Origin: Patescibacteria group bacterium
Lineage (GTDB): Bacteria > Patescibacteriota > Patescibacteriia > Patescibacteriales > UBA12465
Direction of reading: 5' to 3'
Assembly: GCA_041665845.1 (NCBI GenBank)
Contig: JBAYIC010000002.1
Coordinates: 64,221 to 128,220 of the forward strand
DNA: 64,000 nucleotides
Positions within the stretch are counted from its first letter, which is position 1; each line of letters opens with the position of its first letter. Of this stretch, positions 8,672-17,519 are shown piece by piece. The position numbers and the translations under genes are program-made. The notes under the pieces are model-generated. The model was not told the DNA's origin. It worked only from the letters and a program-made list of their open reading frames with translations, and did no database searches.

Positions 8672-9327
8672 GATTGAGTAGTTTTTAGGGGAGCAAAAGA
8701 TAGTCGATGAATAGGACAGGCGCCGTATTCTTTGATTTTTTCTAAATGATCTTTTGTCCCGTAACCCTTATGTTTAGCAAATAAATATTCTGGATATTGT
8801 TTATCAAATTCACTCATCAGCCAATCACGGCTCACTTTAGCAATAATAGAGGCGGCGGCAATCGCCCAAACAGTCGCATCGCCCTTAATAATAGCCGTTT
8901 GTGGTTTATCAAGTTTAGGAATTTTAAAACCACCATCAAGCAAAATATAATCCGGCTGTACCCTTAACTTTTTAATGGCCCGGCGCATCGCTAAAAAACT
9001 CGCTTGTAAAATATTTATTTTATCAATATCTTCATTATTTACTATTCCAATTTCTACAGCCAACACTTTTTCTCTAATGGCTTTAAATATTTTTTCTCGG
9101 TTTTTAGCGGAAAGTTTTTTTGAGTCAGCAACTAGCTCTAAATCGCCCGGCTCTATTTTAAAATCGGGGCCAATAACAACGCAAGCCGCTACCACTGGAC
9201 CTGCTAAAGGACCGCGTCCAGCCTCATCAACTCCGCCAATAAGATTGTAACCGAGTTTGAAGAATTTATGTTCAGTTTCTAAATTTAACATATAGTTTAT
9301 TATAGCATATTTGGCTGATTTTAGCAT
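8656..9327 (-). CDS. rnhB: Ribonuclease HII
   Basis: GVDEAGRGPLAGPVVAACVV catalytic block, DSKKLS, ASIIAK. An alternative start at 9291 (MLNLETE...) is possible. Confidence 0.9.
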   Translation of the reverse strand: MLKSAKYAIINYMLNLETEHKFFKLGYNLIGGVDEAGRGPLAGPVVAACVVIGPDFKIEPGDLELVADSKKLSAKNREKIFKAIREKVLAVEIGIVNNEDIDKINILQASFLAMRRAIKKLRVQPDYILLDGGFKIPKLDKPQTAIIKGDATVWAIAAASIIAKVSRDWLMSEFDKQYPEYLFAKHKGYGTKDHLEKIKEYGACPIHRLSFAPLKTTQSKKAT

Positions 9328-9396
9328 ATAATATCTTAAAATAAAGTAAATTAGGGATGATTTATCGCGTTAAGCTGGTTATTGCTGAATCATCAC

Positions 9397-9425
9397 TTGA
9401 CATATTTTTTTATTAATGCTATATT
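9397..9425 (+). promoter_or_regulatory. Near-consensus sigma-70 promoter (TTGACA-17-TATATT with TGn extended -10)
   Basis: TTGACA at 9397-9402, a 17-nt spacer ending in TGC, then TATATT at 9420-9425. No annotated gene starts for another 250 nt. Confidence 0.6.
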
Positions 9426-9461
9426 ATTTTAGCGATTAATTGGTTTTATTAGGAAAGGTGC

Positions 9462-9629
9462 ATGGTTGGTTCTTTGGGAAAGGAACAAAAAAGAAAGAAA
9501 AAAAGGACCAACACACTGGAGGGTGTTATTAAGATGGCGATTACAGAACCATTAAGAATTACATCTCCAGAATTTTTTGAGGGTCGAAGTGCTTGCGTAC
9601 TTTGGCCCTTTTTTCTTTACTTTTTTTAA
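9462..9629 (+). CDS. Candidate small ORF / leader peptide (55 aa; alternative 31-aa form from ATG 9534)
   Basis: Below the ORF-track length cutoff. Manual translation gives MVGSLGKEQKRKKKRTNTLEGVIKMAITEPLRITSPEFFEGRSACVLWPFFLYFF*. It is preceded by AGGAAAGG. The internal ATG 9534 is preceded by GGAGGG at a 9-nt spacing. The ORF runs through the terminator hairpin. It could equally be a non-coding RNA. Confidence 0.3.
   Translation: MVGSLGKEQKRKKKRTNTLEGVIKMAITEPLRITSPEFFEGRSACVLWPFFLYFF
9581..9614 (+). terminator. Intrinsic terminator / attenuator inside the 9328-9679 spacer
   Basis: GGGTCGAAGT (9581-9590) pairs with ACTTTGGCCC (9599-9608), giving 10 bp including 2 G-U pairs. The loop is 8 nt and is followed by TTTTTT (9609-9614). 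Confidence 0.6.
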
Positions 9630-9679
9630 GGAAAGTGTTAATAAGAAGGTAGTTCTTCAAAACCATTTATCTAGCTAGC

Positions 9680-10129
9680 ATGAAAAATAATTCTTATGTT
9701 TTTGGAAGTGGTAAATATAAATATTTTCCACTTGAATCGGTATTTTTAAATAATCCGATTCACATCGCAACGCTTTATCAGGTTTTTTTTGAAAAACAAA
9801 AGCCCGGGCAAGTGAATAATCGATTGCAATTAGCGATTGAAAGCTTACTTGAAAAAATTAAAGCACTTGATTCTACAAAGAATTGTCCTTATTGCAAGAA
9901 GGCAAAAGTAAAATTTTTTCTTTTTCCTGATTATGGCCCAGTAAATAACAAATTGCTTTGTTGCGGTGATGATGCCTGCAGAGAGCATTTAAAATCCGCT
10001 CGATTAGGAGAATTACATGAAATTAACGATTTTCTTCTCTTAATCAGTTATTTACCAAAGCCACAGGCGCAGAAAATAGTGAGCATTTTTAAAATGACAC
10101 ACAATAATTTAGCAGAAGCCTTCGCTTAA
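9680..10129 (+). CDS. Hypothetical Cys-rich protein (possible zinc ribbon)
   Basis: 149-aa ORF containing CPYCKKAKV...LLCCGDDACREH. I recognise no family. It has no promoter of its own downstream of the 9581-9614 terminator. Confidence 0.55.
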   Translation: MKNNSYVFGSGKYKYFPLESVFLNNPIHIATLYQVFFEKQKPGQVNNRLQLAIESLLEKIKALDSTKNCPYCKKAKVKFFLFPDYGPVNNKLLCCGDDACREHLKSARLGELHEINDFLLLISYLPKPQAQKIVSIFKMTHNNLAEAFA

Positions 10130-10164
10130 CCACCCTCTCAGGAAAATTTTAAACTAAAGTAAAT

Positions 10165-10195
10165 ACCCGTTTTGAAAAAGGCGGGTTTTTCTTTT
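10165..10195 (+). terminator. Intrinsic terminator after the 9680 ORF
   Basis: ACCCGTTTT-GAAA-AAGGCGGGT hairpin followed by TTTTTCTTTT. Confidence 0.6.
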
Positions 10196-10254
10196 AATAA
10201 GGATTATCTTATGATTTCGTGATTATTTCTGCTAGATATGTTAAAATAAAAGAT

Positions 10255-10797
10255 ATGAAAAAAGAGAATTTTTTATTATTAGTCTTTTTAGTGGTTATTC
10301 TATCGGCTCTGGTTTTGCGTTTGTTGCCTAGAGAATATTATGCTTTAGTAGCACCAAAAGTAGAAGTGGCTCCTGCACCTGAAGTAATTGTATTGCCAGA
10401 AATTATGATTGAGCCTAAAATAGTTGAGCCAAAAAATGCAGTTGAGCCGGAAAATGTAGTTGAACCAAAAAATGCGACCAGCTCTGAAGTAGTAGTTAAT
10501 AAACCGATGCTTGGAGAAGTAGTCGTTTCTCCTTTAACGGTCGAAGGAAGAGCTAGAGGTAATTGGTTTTTTGAAGCAACCCTCCCAGTTAAATTAATTA
10601 CTAAAAATGGCGACATGATTATCGCGAGCTACGGACAAGCGCAAAGTGATTGGATGACGTCCGAATTTGTCCCGTTTAAATCGGTTCTAGAATTTAGTAC
10701 AACGGCCACGAGTGGTTATTTAGTAATAGCCAAAGACAATCCATCAGGACTTCCGGAACACGACGCTTCTATAAAAATTCCAGTTTTGTTTAAATAA
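10255..10797 (+). CDS. Membrane-anchored Gmad2-like immunoglobulin-fold protein
   Basis: N-terminal TM helix (MKKENFLLLVFLVVILSALVL), a P/E/V-rich linker, and a C-terminal block GNWFFEATLPVKLITKNGDMIIASYGQAQSDWMTSEFVPFKSVLEF...LVIAKDNPSGLPEHDASIKIPVLF typical of Gmad2. Start moved from GTG 10219 to ATG 10255. Confidence 0.65.
   Translation: MKKENFLLLVFLVVILSALVLRLLPREYYALVAPKVEVAPAPEVIVLPEIMIEPKIVEPKNAVEPENVVEPKNATSSEVVVNKPMLGEVVVSPLTVEGRARGNWFFEATLPVKLITKNGDMIIASYGQAQSDWMTSEFVPFKSVLEFSTTATSGYLVIAKDNPSGLPEHDASIKIPVLFK
10408..10476 (+). repeat. In-frame tandem repeat (about 18-nt unit, VEPKNA/VEPENV) in the linker of the Gmad2-like protein
   Basis: GTTGAGCCAAAAAATGCA / GTTGAGCCGGAAAATGTA / GTTGAACCAAAAAATGCG, preceded by a degenerate IEPKI copy. 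Confidence 0.8.
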
Positions 10798-10809
10798 TAT
10801 TTAAGTTCT

Positions 10810-12216
10810 ATGCCAGAATTATATTTATATAATACGCTCAGTCGCAAAAAAGAGCTTTTTAACCCCATCAGTAAAAAACGAGTGGGCTTGTATACCTGCG
10901 GACCGACTGTTTATAATTTTGCTCATATCGGTAATTTACGCACATACTTATTTGAAGATTTTTTGAAACGTGTTTTAGAATATAATGGGTATAAGGTTAA
11001 TCACGTTATGAATATTACCGATGTCGGTCATTTAACCGGTGATATGGATATGGGAGAGGATAAGCTTGAACTGGGCGCTAAAAGAGAGGGGAAGAATGCT
11101 TGGGAAATTGCCGAACTTTATACAACTGCTTTTAAAAAAGATTTGGAGTTATTAAATATTAAGGAACCAAATATTTGGTGCAGAGCGACCGATAATATTC
11201 CCGAGCAGATTTCAATGATTAACGTCCTAGAAAAAAAAGGCTATACCTATAAAACAAGTGATGGAATTTATTTTGATACCTCAAAAATTAAAAATTATAA
11301 TAAATTAAGTCATTTGCCGTTAGAAACATTAAGAGAGGGCGCACGAGTAGAAAAAAATCCTGAGAAAAAAAATCTAACGGATTTTGCTTTATGGAAATTT
11401 TCCCCTAAAGGTTCACAACGACAAATGGAATGGGCTTCTCCTTGGGGAATTGGTTTTCCGGGTTGGCATATTGAGTGCTCAGCAATGAGTTTAAAATTTC
11501 TAAAAAAACAATTGGATATTCATTGCGGCGGAATAGATCATATAAATATTCATCATACTAATGAAATTGCCCAGTCAGAAGCGGCAACTGGAAATAAGTT
11601 TTTTAATTATTGGCTGCATGGCGCTTTTTTAAATATTAAGGGTGGAAAGAAAATGGCAAAAAGCGAAGATGGTTTTTTAACGCTTGATAAAGCTTTAATC
11701 GGTAAAAATTTAAACCCCCTAGTTTATCGTTTTGCTGATTCCCAAGTCCATTATCGCAAGCCAATGGAATATAGTGAAGATAATTTGCGTCAAGCAGTGC
11801 GAGGGCTAGATAAGTTGATGGAGCAAGTCGCTTTTTTAGGAAGTAAAAAAGGTAAAATTAACTCCGAATTTAAAGCTAAATTTTTATTAGCGATAAATGA
11901 TGATTTAAATATCCCGAAAGCTTTAGCAGTTTTAGCGTCTGTTTTTAAGGCTAAATTAAGTCCAGCCGATAAGTTGGCAACGGTTCTGGATTTTGATAAG
12001 GTGCTAGGCCTTGGTTTTGATAAGGCGGCTAATTATGCTAATTCTAATGCAGATTCATCTTTCTTGCCTCCAGACATCAAAAAATTAGTCGAAAAAAGAA
12101 CTCAGGCCCGTTCAGATAAAGACTGGAAAGCCTCCGATAAATTAAGAGACGAAATAAAGGCGGCCGGTTATTTGGTCGAAGATACTTCTGAGGGACAAAA
12201 GTTGAAAAAGAATTAA
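10810..12216 (+). CDS. cysS: Cysteine--tRNA ligase
   Basis: YTCGPTVYNFAHIGNLRTY (HIGH region), WHIECSAM, HHTNEIAQSEA, KMAKS (KMSKS variant). Confidence 0.92.
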   Translation: MPELYLYNTLSRKKELFNPISKKRVGLYTCGPTVYNFAHIGNLRTYLFEDFLKRVLEYNGYKVNHVMNITDVGHLTGDMDMGEDKLELGAKREGKNAWEIAELYTTAFKKDLELLNIKEPNIWCRATDNIPEQISMINVLEKKGYTYKTSDGIYFDTSKIKNYNKLSHLPLETLREGARVEKNPEKKNLTDFALWKFSPKGSQRQMEWASPWGIGFPGWHIECSAMSLKFLKKQLDIHCGGIDHINIHHTNEIAQSEAATGNKFFNYWLHGAFLNIKGGKKMAKSEDGFLTLDKALIGKNLNPLVYRFADSQVHYRKPMEYSEDNLRQAVRGLDKLMEQVAFLGSKKGKINSEFKAKFLLAINDDLNIPKALAVLASVFKAKLSPADKLATVLDFDKVLGLGFDKAANYANSNADSSFLPPDIKKLVEKRTQARSDKDWKASDKLRDEIKAAGYLVEDTSEGQKLKKN

Positions 12217-12236
12217 AAAGTTGGAAAAGAATTAAA

Positions 12237-13229
12237 ATGAAGAAAAACAATTTTTGGCAAAAATTAAAATCAACCGGTAAGCCTATCTTAGCTTTAGCGC
12301 CGATGGCTGGGTTTACTGATTCAGTTTTTCGCCGTATTTGTAAAAAATATGGCGCTGATGTTTTATATAGCGAAATGGTTTCAGCGACGGCTTTATATTA
12401 TAGCGATCGAATTGGTATACAGAAAAAAGGTAAGCAGGATAAAAATCCTACCCTAGAATTGATGAATTTTAATAGGCGGGCAGAAAGATATTATGTAATA
12501 CAGCTGTTTGGTTCTAAGCCGGAACATTTTGCTGCTGCCGCTAAAATTATAAATGATAAAGTAAGACCGGATGGGATTGATATTAATTTTGGTTGTCCGG
12601 TTAGTAAAATTATTAAACAAGGAGCTGGCGCGGATTTGATGAAAAATTTAGCTAAGTCGCGAGCGGTAATTGAAGCAGTTTTAAGCGCGACTGATTTACC
12701 AGTTTCAATTAAGATTAGATCTAAGTCGGGCGATGTTAGCGCTTTAGATTTTCTAAAAAATATTTCTGATTTACCAATTTCAGCTGTAATGATTCATGGC
12801 CGAACTTTAAATCAGGGATTCGCTGGTGCTTGTGACTTTAAAATTATTTCAGCGGCTCGAAAATATTTTTCCGGGGTTATTCTAGCTAATGGCGGGATTA
12901 ATAGTTTAATAACCGCCCAGGAAGCGTTAAAAGAAAGTAAGGCCGATGGTTTAGGTTTAGCAAGAGGAGTTCTGGGTCGACCTTGGCTTTTTAAAGAAAT
13001 AAAGAAAAATAAACAAATTGATTTAAAACTAACGCAAATATTTAAGCTAATTATTGAACAAGCTAAAGAGGCAAAAAAAACAAAAGGTGAAAATGCACTT
13101 ATTGAACTTAGAAAGCATCTGGTTTGGTATGTTCAGGGCTTAGAAGGCGCTAGTAAAATGCGCGAAAAGTTAGTTGCTGTTAGTAATCTCCAAGAATTAA
13201 AAAAAATAATTAAGGAATATAAAAAATAA
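12237..13229 (+). CDS. dus: tRNA-dihydrouridine synthase
   Basis: LAPMAGFTDSVFRRICKKYGADVLYSEMVSA, DINFGCPVSKI, and IHGRT typical of the Dus TIM barrel. Confidence 0.88.
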   Translation: MKKNNFWQKLKSTGKPILALAPMAGFTDSVFRRICKKYGADVLYSEMVSATALYYSDRIGIQKKGKQDKNPTLELMNFNRRAERYYVIQLFGSKPEHFAAAAKIINDKVRPDGIDINFGCPVSKIIKQGAGADLMKNLAKSRAVIEAVLSATDLPVSIKIRSKSGDVSALDFLKNISDLPISAVMIHGRTLNQGFAGACDFKIISAARKYFSGVILANGGINSLITAQEALKESKADGLGLARGVLGRPWLFKEIKKNKQIDLKLTQIFKLIIEQAKEAKKTKGENALIELRKHLVWYVQGLEGASKMREKLVAVSNLQELKKIIKEYKK

Positions 13230-13231
13230 TT

Positions 13232-13612
13232 ATGACTCTTTATATTAATACCGCTTCTTATGATGAAGTAATAATCTCACTTTCTAGAGGCCCCAAAAAA
13301 ATAGCACAAAAAAAATTCAAAGCGGGTAAGAGCCAAGCAGAAAAGTTATTGCCGGCGATTGATAAATTGTTACTTGCTAAAAAAATAAAATTAAGTGAAC
13401 TTAAAAAAATAGTGGTTGCTAATTATGGCGGGAGTTTTACCTCTTTACGCATTGGCGTTGTCACTGCTAACGCGCTGGGGTATGCTTTAGGGATTCCGGT
13501 TGAGGCGGAGTCGGGTATTAAAATCCCTAAGAAATTTTCCGGCTATTCCATTGTTGAACCAATTTATAACGCCGAACCTAATATTGGTAAGGCAAAACCC
13601 CTTGTGCATTAG
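13232..13612 (+). CDS. tsaB: TsaB (YeaZ)-like protein, N-terminal half only (126 aa)
   Basis: LYINTASYDEVIISL..., KLSELKKIVVANYGGSFTSLRIGVVTANALGYALGIPV matches the first ASKHA lobe of TsaB. The ORF ends where the second lobe would begin. Confidence 0.65.
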   Translation: MTLYINTASYDEVIISLSRGPKKIAQKKFKAGKSQAEKLLPAIDKLLLAKKIKLSELKKIVVANYGGSFTSLRIGVVTANALGYALGIPVEAESGIKIPKKFSGYSIVEPIYNAEPNIGKAKPLVH

Positions 13613-13654
13613 CTGTTGAAAACTTTTTACAAATTTGTCAAAAAATATTTAATT

Positions 13655-13687
13655 AAAAAAGCTGCTTGTTGATAAGTAGCTTTTTTT
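13655..13687 (+). terminator. Intrinsic terminator after tsaB
   Basis: AGCTGCTT-GTTGAT-AAGTAGCT (8 bp, one G-U pair), flanked by an A-run and TTTTTTT. Confidence 0.7.
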
Positions 13688-13723
13688 GTTGTTTTTTCTC
13701 TTATTTTAGGCTAAATGAAAGTG

Positions 13724-13752
13724 TTGACCATCGGGGAGCGGTGGTGTATAAT
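13724..13752 (+). promoter_or_regulatory. Near-consensus sigma-70 promoter of the mraZ/dcw operon
   Basis: TTGACC (13724-13729), a 17-nt spacer, TATAAT (13747-13752). It lies 65 nt upstream of mraZ. Confidence 0.65.
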
Positions 13753-13816
13753 TGTACTTGTAAGGTGAATTGTGGGGAAGCGAGGTGAAACATAAAAATA
13801 ATTTTTTTGTTAGCGT

Positions 13817-14248
13817 ATGTTTATTGGAGAATACAATCATAGTTTAGATGAAAAAGGACGTTTAGCTATTCCGGCTAAATTTCGGATTATCTTAAAAAGA
13901 GGAGCAGTTGTTACTAAGGGTTTAGATAACTGCTTATTTTTATATTCAAAAGAACAATTTGAAATTATTGCTAAAAAATTTGCCTCTCTACCTTTAAGTC
14001 AAGCAAAAGCACGAGCCTTTGCTCGTCATATGTTAGCCGGTGCGATGGATGTTGAATTTGATAATCAGGGAAGAATTACTTTACCTGAATATTTAAGAAA
14101 ATTTTCTGGTTTAAAAAAGAAAATTATTGTTGCTGGCTTATATAATCATTTAGAAATTTGGGAAGAATCTGCTTGGAATAAATATAAGTTAGAATCAGAA
14201 AAAAATAGTAATGCAATCGCGGAAGAATTGGGGGATTTAGGAATATAG
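13817..14248 (+). CDS. mraZ: Transcriptional regulator MraZ
   Basis: MFIGEYNHSLDEKGRLAIPAKFR ... DNQGRITLPEYLR (the duplicated DXXXR SpoVT-AbrB-like motifs). Confidence 0.92.
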   Translation: MFIGEYNHSLDEKGRLAIPAKFRIILKRGAVVTKGLDNCLFLYSKEQFEIIAKKFASLPLSQAKARAFARHMLAGAMDVEFDNQGRITLPEYLRKFSGLKKKIIVAGLYNHLEIWEESAWNKYKLESEKNSNAIAEELGDLGI

Positions 14249-14251
14249 CAT

Positions 14252-15142
14252 ATGGAATATAATCATATCCCGGTGATGCTAAGCGAGGTAATGGAAGCAC
14301 TTAATCCAAAAACAGGCGGGGTATTTATTGATTGTACGCTGGGCGGTGCAGGATATACGATGGCGCTCGCAAAAAAAGTCGGAAGCAAGGGAAAGATTTT
14401 AGGAATTGATCTTGATAAGAATGCACTTAAAAATGCTAAGAATAAAATAAAAGATAGTAAATTAGAAAATATTGTATTAGTTCAGGGTAATTTTAAAAAT
14501 TTAAAAGAGATTATTTCTAAGAGTTTTGGTGCTAAGCAGAAATTTGATGGTATAGTTTTTGATCTTGGGCTTTCATCTTTTCAATTAGATGATGAAAACC
14601 GAGGGTTTTCTTTTAAGGGCGAGAGACCATTGGATATGTCCTTTGGCTCAAAATCAGAAAATGATACCGTGCAGATTATAAATAATTATTCCTTACTTGA
14701 ATTAACTAGAATTTTTCGAGAATACGGCGAAGAAAAGATGGCCTATCAAATTGCTAAAGCCATTGTTGAAGCAAGGAAAAATAAAAAAATAGAAAAAACC
14801 TCTGATTTAGTACACATCATTGAAGATAAAATCCCACTTCGTTTTAGAACTAAAATCCATCCGGCGACTAGGATCTTTCAAGCTCTACGCATGGAAACAA
14901 ATACGGAACTTAAAAATTTAGCAGAAGTTTTACCTCAAGCAGTTGAACTATTAAAGAAAAGTGGAAAAATAGCAGTCGTTTCTTTTCATAGCGGTGAAGA
15001 TAGAATAGTAAAATGGTTTTTCAAAGGCGACGAACATATAAAAATTTTAACCAAAAAACCTTTAATCCCTTGTGCGCAAGAGTCGGCCGAAAATCCTAGA
15101 TCTAGAAGCGCTAAGTTGCGGATAGCGGAAAAAATAGTTTAA
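14252..15142 (+). CDS. rsmH: 16S rRNA (cytosine1402-N4)-methyltransferase
   Basis: HIPVMLSEV, FIDCTLGGAGYT, DLGLSSFQLD, SFHSGEDRIVK. Confidence 0.92.
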   Translation: MEYNHIPVMLSEVMEALNPKTGGVFIDCTLGGAGYTMALAKKVGSKGKILGIDLDKNALKNAKNKIKDSKLENIVLVQGNFKNLKEIISKSFGAKQKFDGIVFDLGLSSFQLDDENRGFSFKGERPLDMSFGSKSENDTVQIINNYSLLELTRIFREYGEEKMAYQIAKAIVEARKNKKIEKTSDLVHIIEDKIPLRFRTKIHPATRIFQALRMETNTELKNLAEVLPQAVELLKKSGKIAVVSFHSGEDRIVKWFFKGDEHIKILTKKPLIPCAQESAENPRSRSAKLRIAEKIV

Positions 15143-15190
15143 GTGTAAATTTGATAATTTTTAAATTAATATAATTTTATTAGAAGTCTT

Positions 15191-15532
15191 ATGACCAAGA
15201 TTGTAAATTGCTACAATGCTCAGTTAAAGCCAAAATCAAATAAACATTCTTTAAATTTAAGAATTTTTAATTTTTTTCTATTTACGATAGTTTCTTCTCT
15301 AGGGTTTGCTTATCTTATCGGAATTAGTGATTTAACCGTTAAAGGTTTTGTTTTGCAAGAGCTTAAGGGCCAATCATCAAGTTTAATAGCGGAAAAAATT
15401 GATAATGAACAGCAAGTAAACTCTATTCAGTCATATTATGCTTTAAACTCCAGGGCACAGAAATTAAATATGGTTGCTATTAATAATATTGAGTATCTAT
15501 CGACTGGAGGGCATATCGTTGCTAAGAAATAG
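15191..15532 (+). CDS. Small single-pass membrane protein in the FtsL position of the dcw cluster
   Basis: 113 aa with one TM helix (IFNFFLFTIVSSLGFAYLIGI) followed by a predicted helical ectodomain. The call rests on synteny between rsmH and ftsI only. Confidence 0.5.
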   Translation: MTKIVNCYNAQLKPKSNKHSLNLRIFNFFLFTIVSSLGFAYLIGISDLTVKGFVLQELKGQSSSLIAEKIDNEQQVNSIQSYYALNSRAQKLNMVAINNIEYLSTGGHIVAKK

Positions 15533-15560
15533 TTAGTTCAAATAAGATTCGGTTAGTTTT

Positions 15561-17513
15561 ATGTGGCGAGATTCTAAAGACAAAGGCCGTTCCCTTAGAG
15601 AGACGGCAAATAGTAATCGTTTACGTCTTATCGTGGCGGTTATTTTTTTATTAATGGGCTCTTTGATATATAAATTATATAGTGTTCAAATCGGACAATT
15701 TGATTTATATACGGCGATGGCTTCTTCTCAGCATCAAGTTTATAGCAAACTTAAACCGGAACGGGGAAAAATACTTTTAAGTGAGCAAGTAAATGGCGTG
15801 GAAAAACTTTATCCGCTTGCAACTAATAAAGATTTTGCCGAGCTTTTTATTGTTCCTAAAGATATTCTTTATCCCCAGGTAATAGCGGAGAAACTTTATA
15901 ATTTTTTTGATAAACCAAAGATAGAGGCGACCTCTTCTGAAAACGCAAGCGGAACAGAACAGGTTATTGCTACTTCTACTAAGGAGGAGCTAATCGCTAA
16001 ATATTTAAAAAAGCTTGATAAGCCGGGCGATCCTTATGAACCGCTGATGAGTAAAATTTCTGATGAAGAACTTATTAAATTATATTCTTATCTTTCGTCT
16101 GACTCGTCATCAACTTCCTCTCCGGCCCTAATAAACCCGGAGGATTTAGAATTAAAGTTAGGGCGCTTGGTATATAAGAGTGATCCTGAAAAAGAATTTT
16201 TAATTCCTGGGCTTGGCTTCAATTTACAAAAATATAGATATTATCCGGAAAATGAGATTGCTTCTCATATTTTAGGATTTGTTACTTATGTTGATGGCGA
16301 AGGTCAGGGACGGTATGGTCTAGAAGAATTTTTTAATGAAGAGTTATTTGGTAAATATGGATCACTGAAGACGGAAAAAGGAGTGAAATCAAACATGATG
16401 ATTGTAAATGATAGGGAGTATGTTAAGCCCGAAGCGGGCAATGATTTAATCCTTACTGTTGATAGAAATATTGAATTTGATGCTTGTGAAAAATTAAAAC
16501 AAGCGGTGAAGAAACATGGCGCTTCCGGCGGTTCGGTGATAATTATGAATCCTAAAACGGGGGCGATTATTGCTATGTGTTCAGAACCGGATTTTGATCC
16601 TAATAATTTTAAAGAAGTAAAAGATATCTCTTATTATAATAACCCGGCTGCTTATTATCAGTATGAGCCTGGTTCGGTTTTTAAAACAGTAACGATGGCG
16701 ATTGCGATTGATCAGGGAAAAGTTTCGCCGTCTACTATTTATAAAGATGAGGGGCAAATAATGATTACCGGTTGGCCGAAGCCAATTAAAAATTCAGATT
16801 ACTCGACTTATGGCCCACATGGCGTAGTTGATATGACAACAGTGTTGGATTATTCACTTAATACGGGAGCAATTTTTGCGATGAAGCAGGTCGGGCCAAA
16901 AGTTTTTGCTGATTATGTTAAAAAATTTGGTTTTGGTGAAAGAAGCGGGATTGAATTAGGCTCAGAAAGCGCCGGTAATATTGGTAATTTGCTTAAAAGC
17001 AAGGTGAGAGAAATTGATGCCGCAACCGCTTCTTTCGGACAAGGAATTGCGGTTACACCGCTCCAAATGATTATGCCTTATCAAGCGATTGCTAATAAGG
17101 GGATGATGATGAAACCTTATATTATTAAAAGTATTATTCGTGCTAATGGTAAACGGGATGATATTTCGCCAAAACAATCTGGCCGTATTATTTCAGAAAA
17201 AACGGCCGCGACGGTCTCAGGTATGTTGGTCAATGTTGTTGAAAATGGACATTCTAAAAAAGCGGCTATTACTGGCTACTTTGTTGGCGGTAAAACCGGT
17301 ACGGCGCAAGTGGCAACGATGGGCGGATACAGTACGACCGATTACGTTCATACTTTTATTGGTATTGCCCCGATTGATAATCCTGCTTTTGTGATGCTAA
17401 CTAAAATTGATAATCCGAAAGATGTCCAATACGCCGAAGGATCAGCCATTCCTCTTTGGAAAGATATCGCCGATTTTATGTTAAATTATTATGCTGTTCC
17501 AAAAACTAGATAG
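15561..17513 (+). CDS. ftsI: Class B penicillin-binding protein (FtsI/PBP2-type transpeptidase)
   Basis: N-terminal TM helix and dimerisation domain, with the SxxK (GSVFKT), SxN (YSLNTG) and KTG (GKTGTA) motifs. Confidence 0.88.
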   Translation: MWRDSKDKGRSLRETANSNRLRLIVAVIFLLMGSLIYKLYSVQIGQFDLYTAMASSQHQVYSKLKPERGKILLSEQVNGVEKLYPLATNKDFAELFIVPKDILYPQVIAEKLYNFFDKPKIEATSSENASGTEQVIATSTKEELIAKYLKKLDKPGDPYEPLMSKISDEELIKLYSYLSSDSSSTSSPALINPEDLELKLGRLVYKSDPEKEFLIPGLGFNLQKYRYYPENEIASHILGFVTYVDGEGQGRYGLEEFFNEELFGKYGSLKTEKGVKSNMMIVNDREYVKPEAGNDLILTVDRNIEFDACEKLKQAVKKHGASGGSVIIMNPKTGAIIAMCSEPDFDPNNFKEVKDISYYNNPAAYYQYEPGSVFKTVTMAIAIDQGKVSPSTIYKDEGQIMITGWPKPIKNSDYSTYGPHGVVDMTTVLDYSLNTGAIFAMKQVGPKVFADYVKKFGFGERSGIELGSESAGNIGNLLKSKVREIDAATASFGQGIAVTPLQMIMPYQAIANKGMMMKPYIIKSIIRANGKRDDISPKQSGRIISEKTAATVSGMLVNVVENGHSKKAAITGYFVGGKTGTAQVATMGGYSTTDYVHTFIGIAPIDNPAFVMLTKIDNPKDVQYAEGSAIPLWKDIADFMLNYYAVPKTR

Positions 17514-17519
17514 GAAAAT

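Noticed and set aside
10408-10476. Short tandem repeats that might have been a CRISPR-like or VNTR array. The same applies to the Gly-rich GGTGG/GGCGG repeats at 8520-8612.
   Set aside because: They are in-frame peptide repeats inside coding sequence (VEPKNA units and a GGS/GGF tail). There are no spacers or repeat-spacer periodicity, and no cas genes.
13715-13768. 17-codon ORF (MKVLTIGERWCIIVLVR) in the mraZ upstream region.
   Set aside because: It overlaps the -35/-10 of the best promoter candidate, so it would not be transcribed from it. Nothing supports it.
13733-13790. MraZ operator made of regularly spaced GTGGG direct repeats downstream of the mraZ promoter.
   Set aside because: Only one exact GTGGG (13772-13776) is present, plus GTGGT and two GGTGAA motifs at irregular 7/13/20-nt spacings. 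This is not the regular 10-nt-period array I remember from the E. coli MraZ operator. It is suggestive but insufficient.
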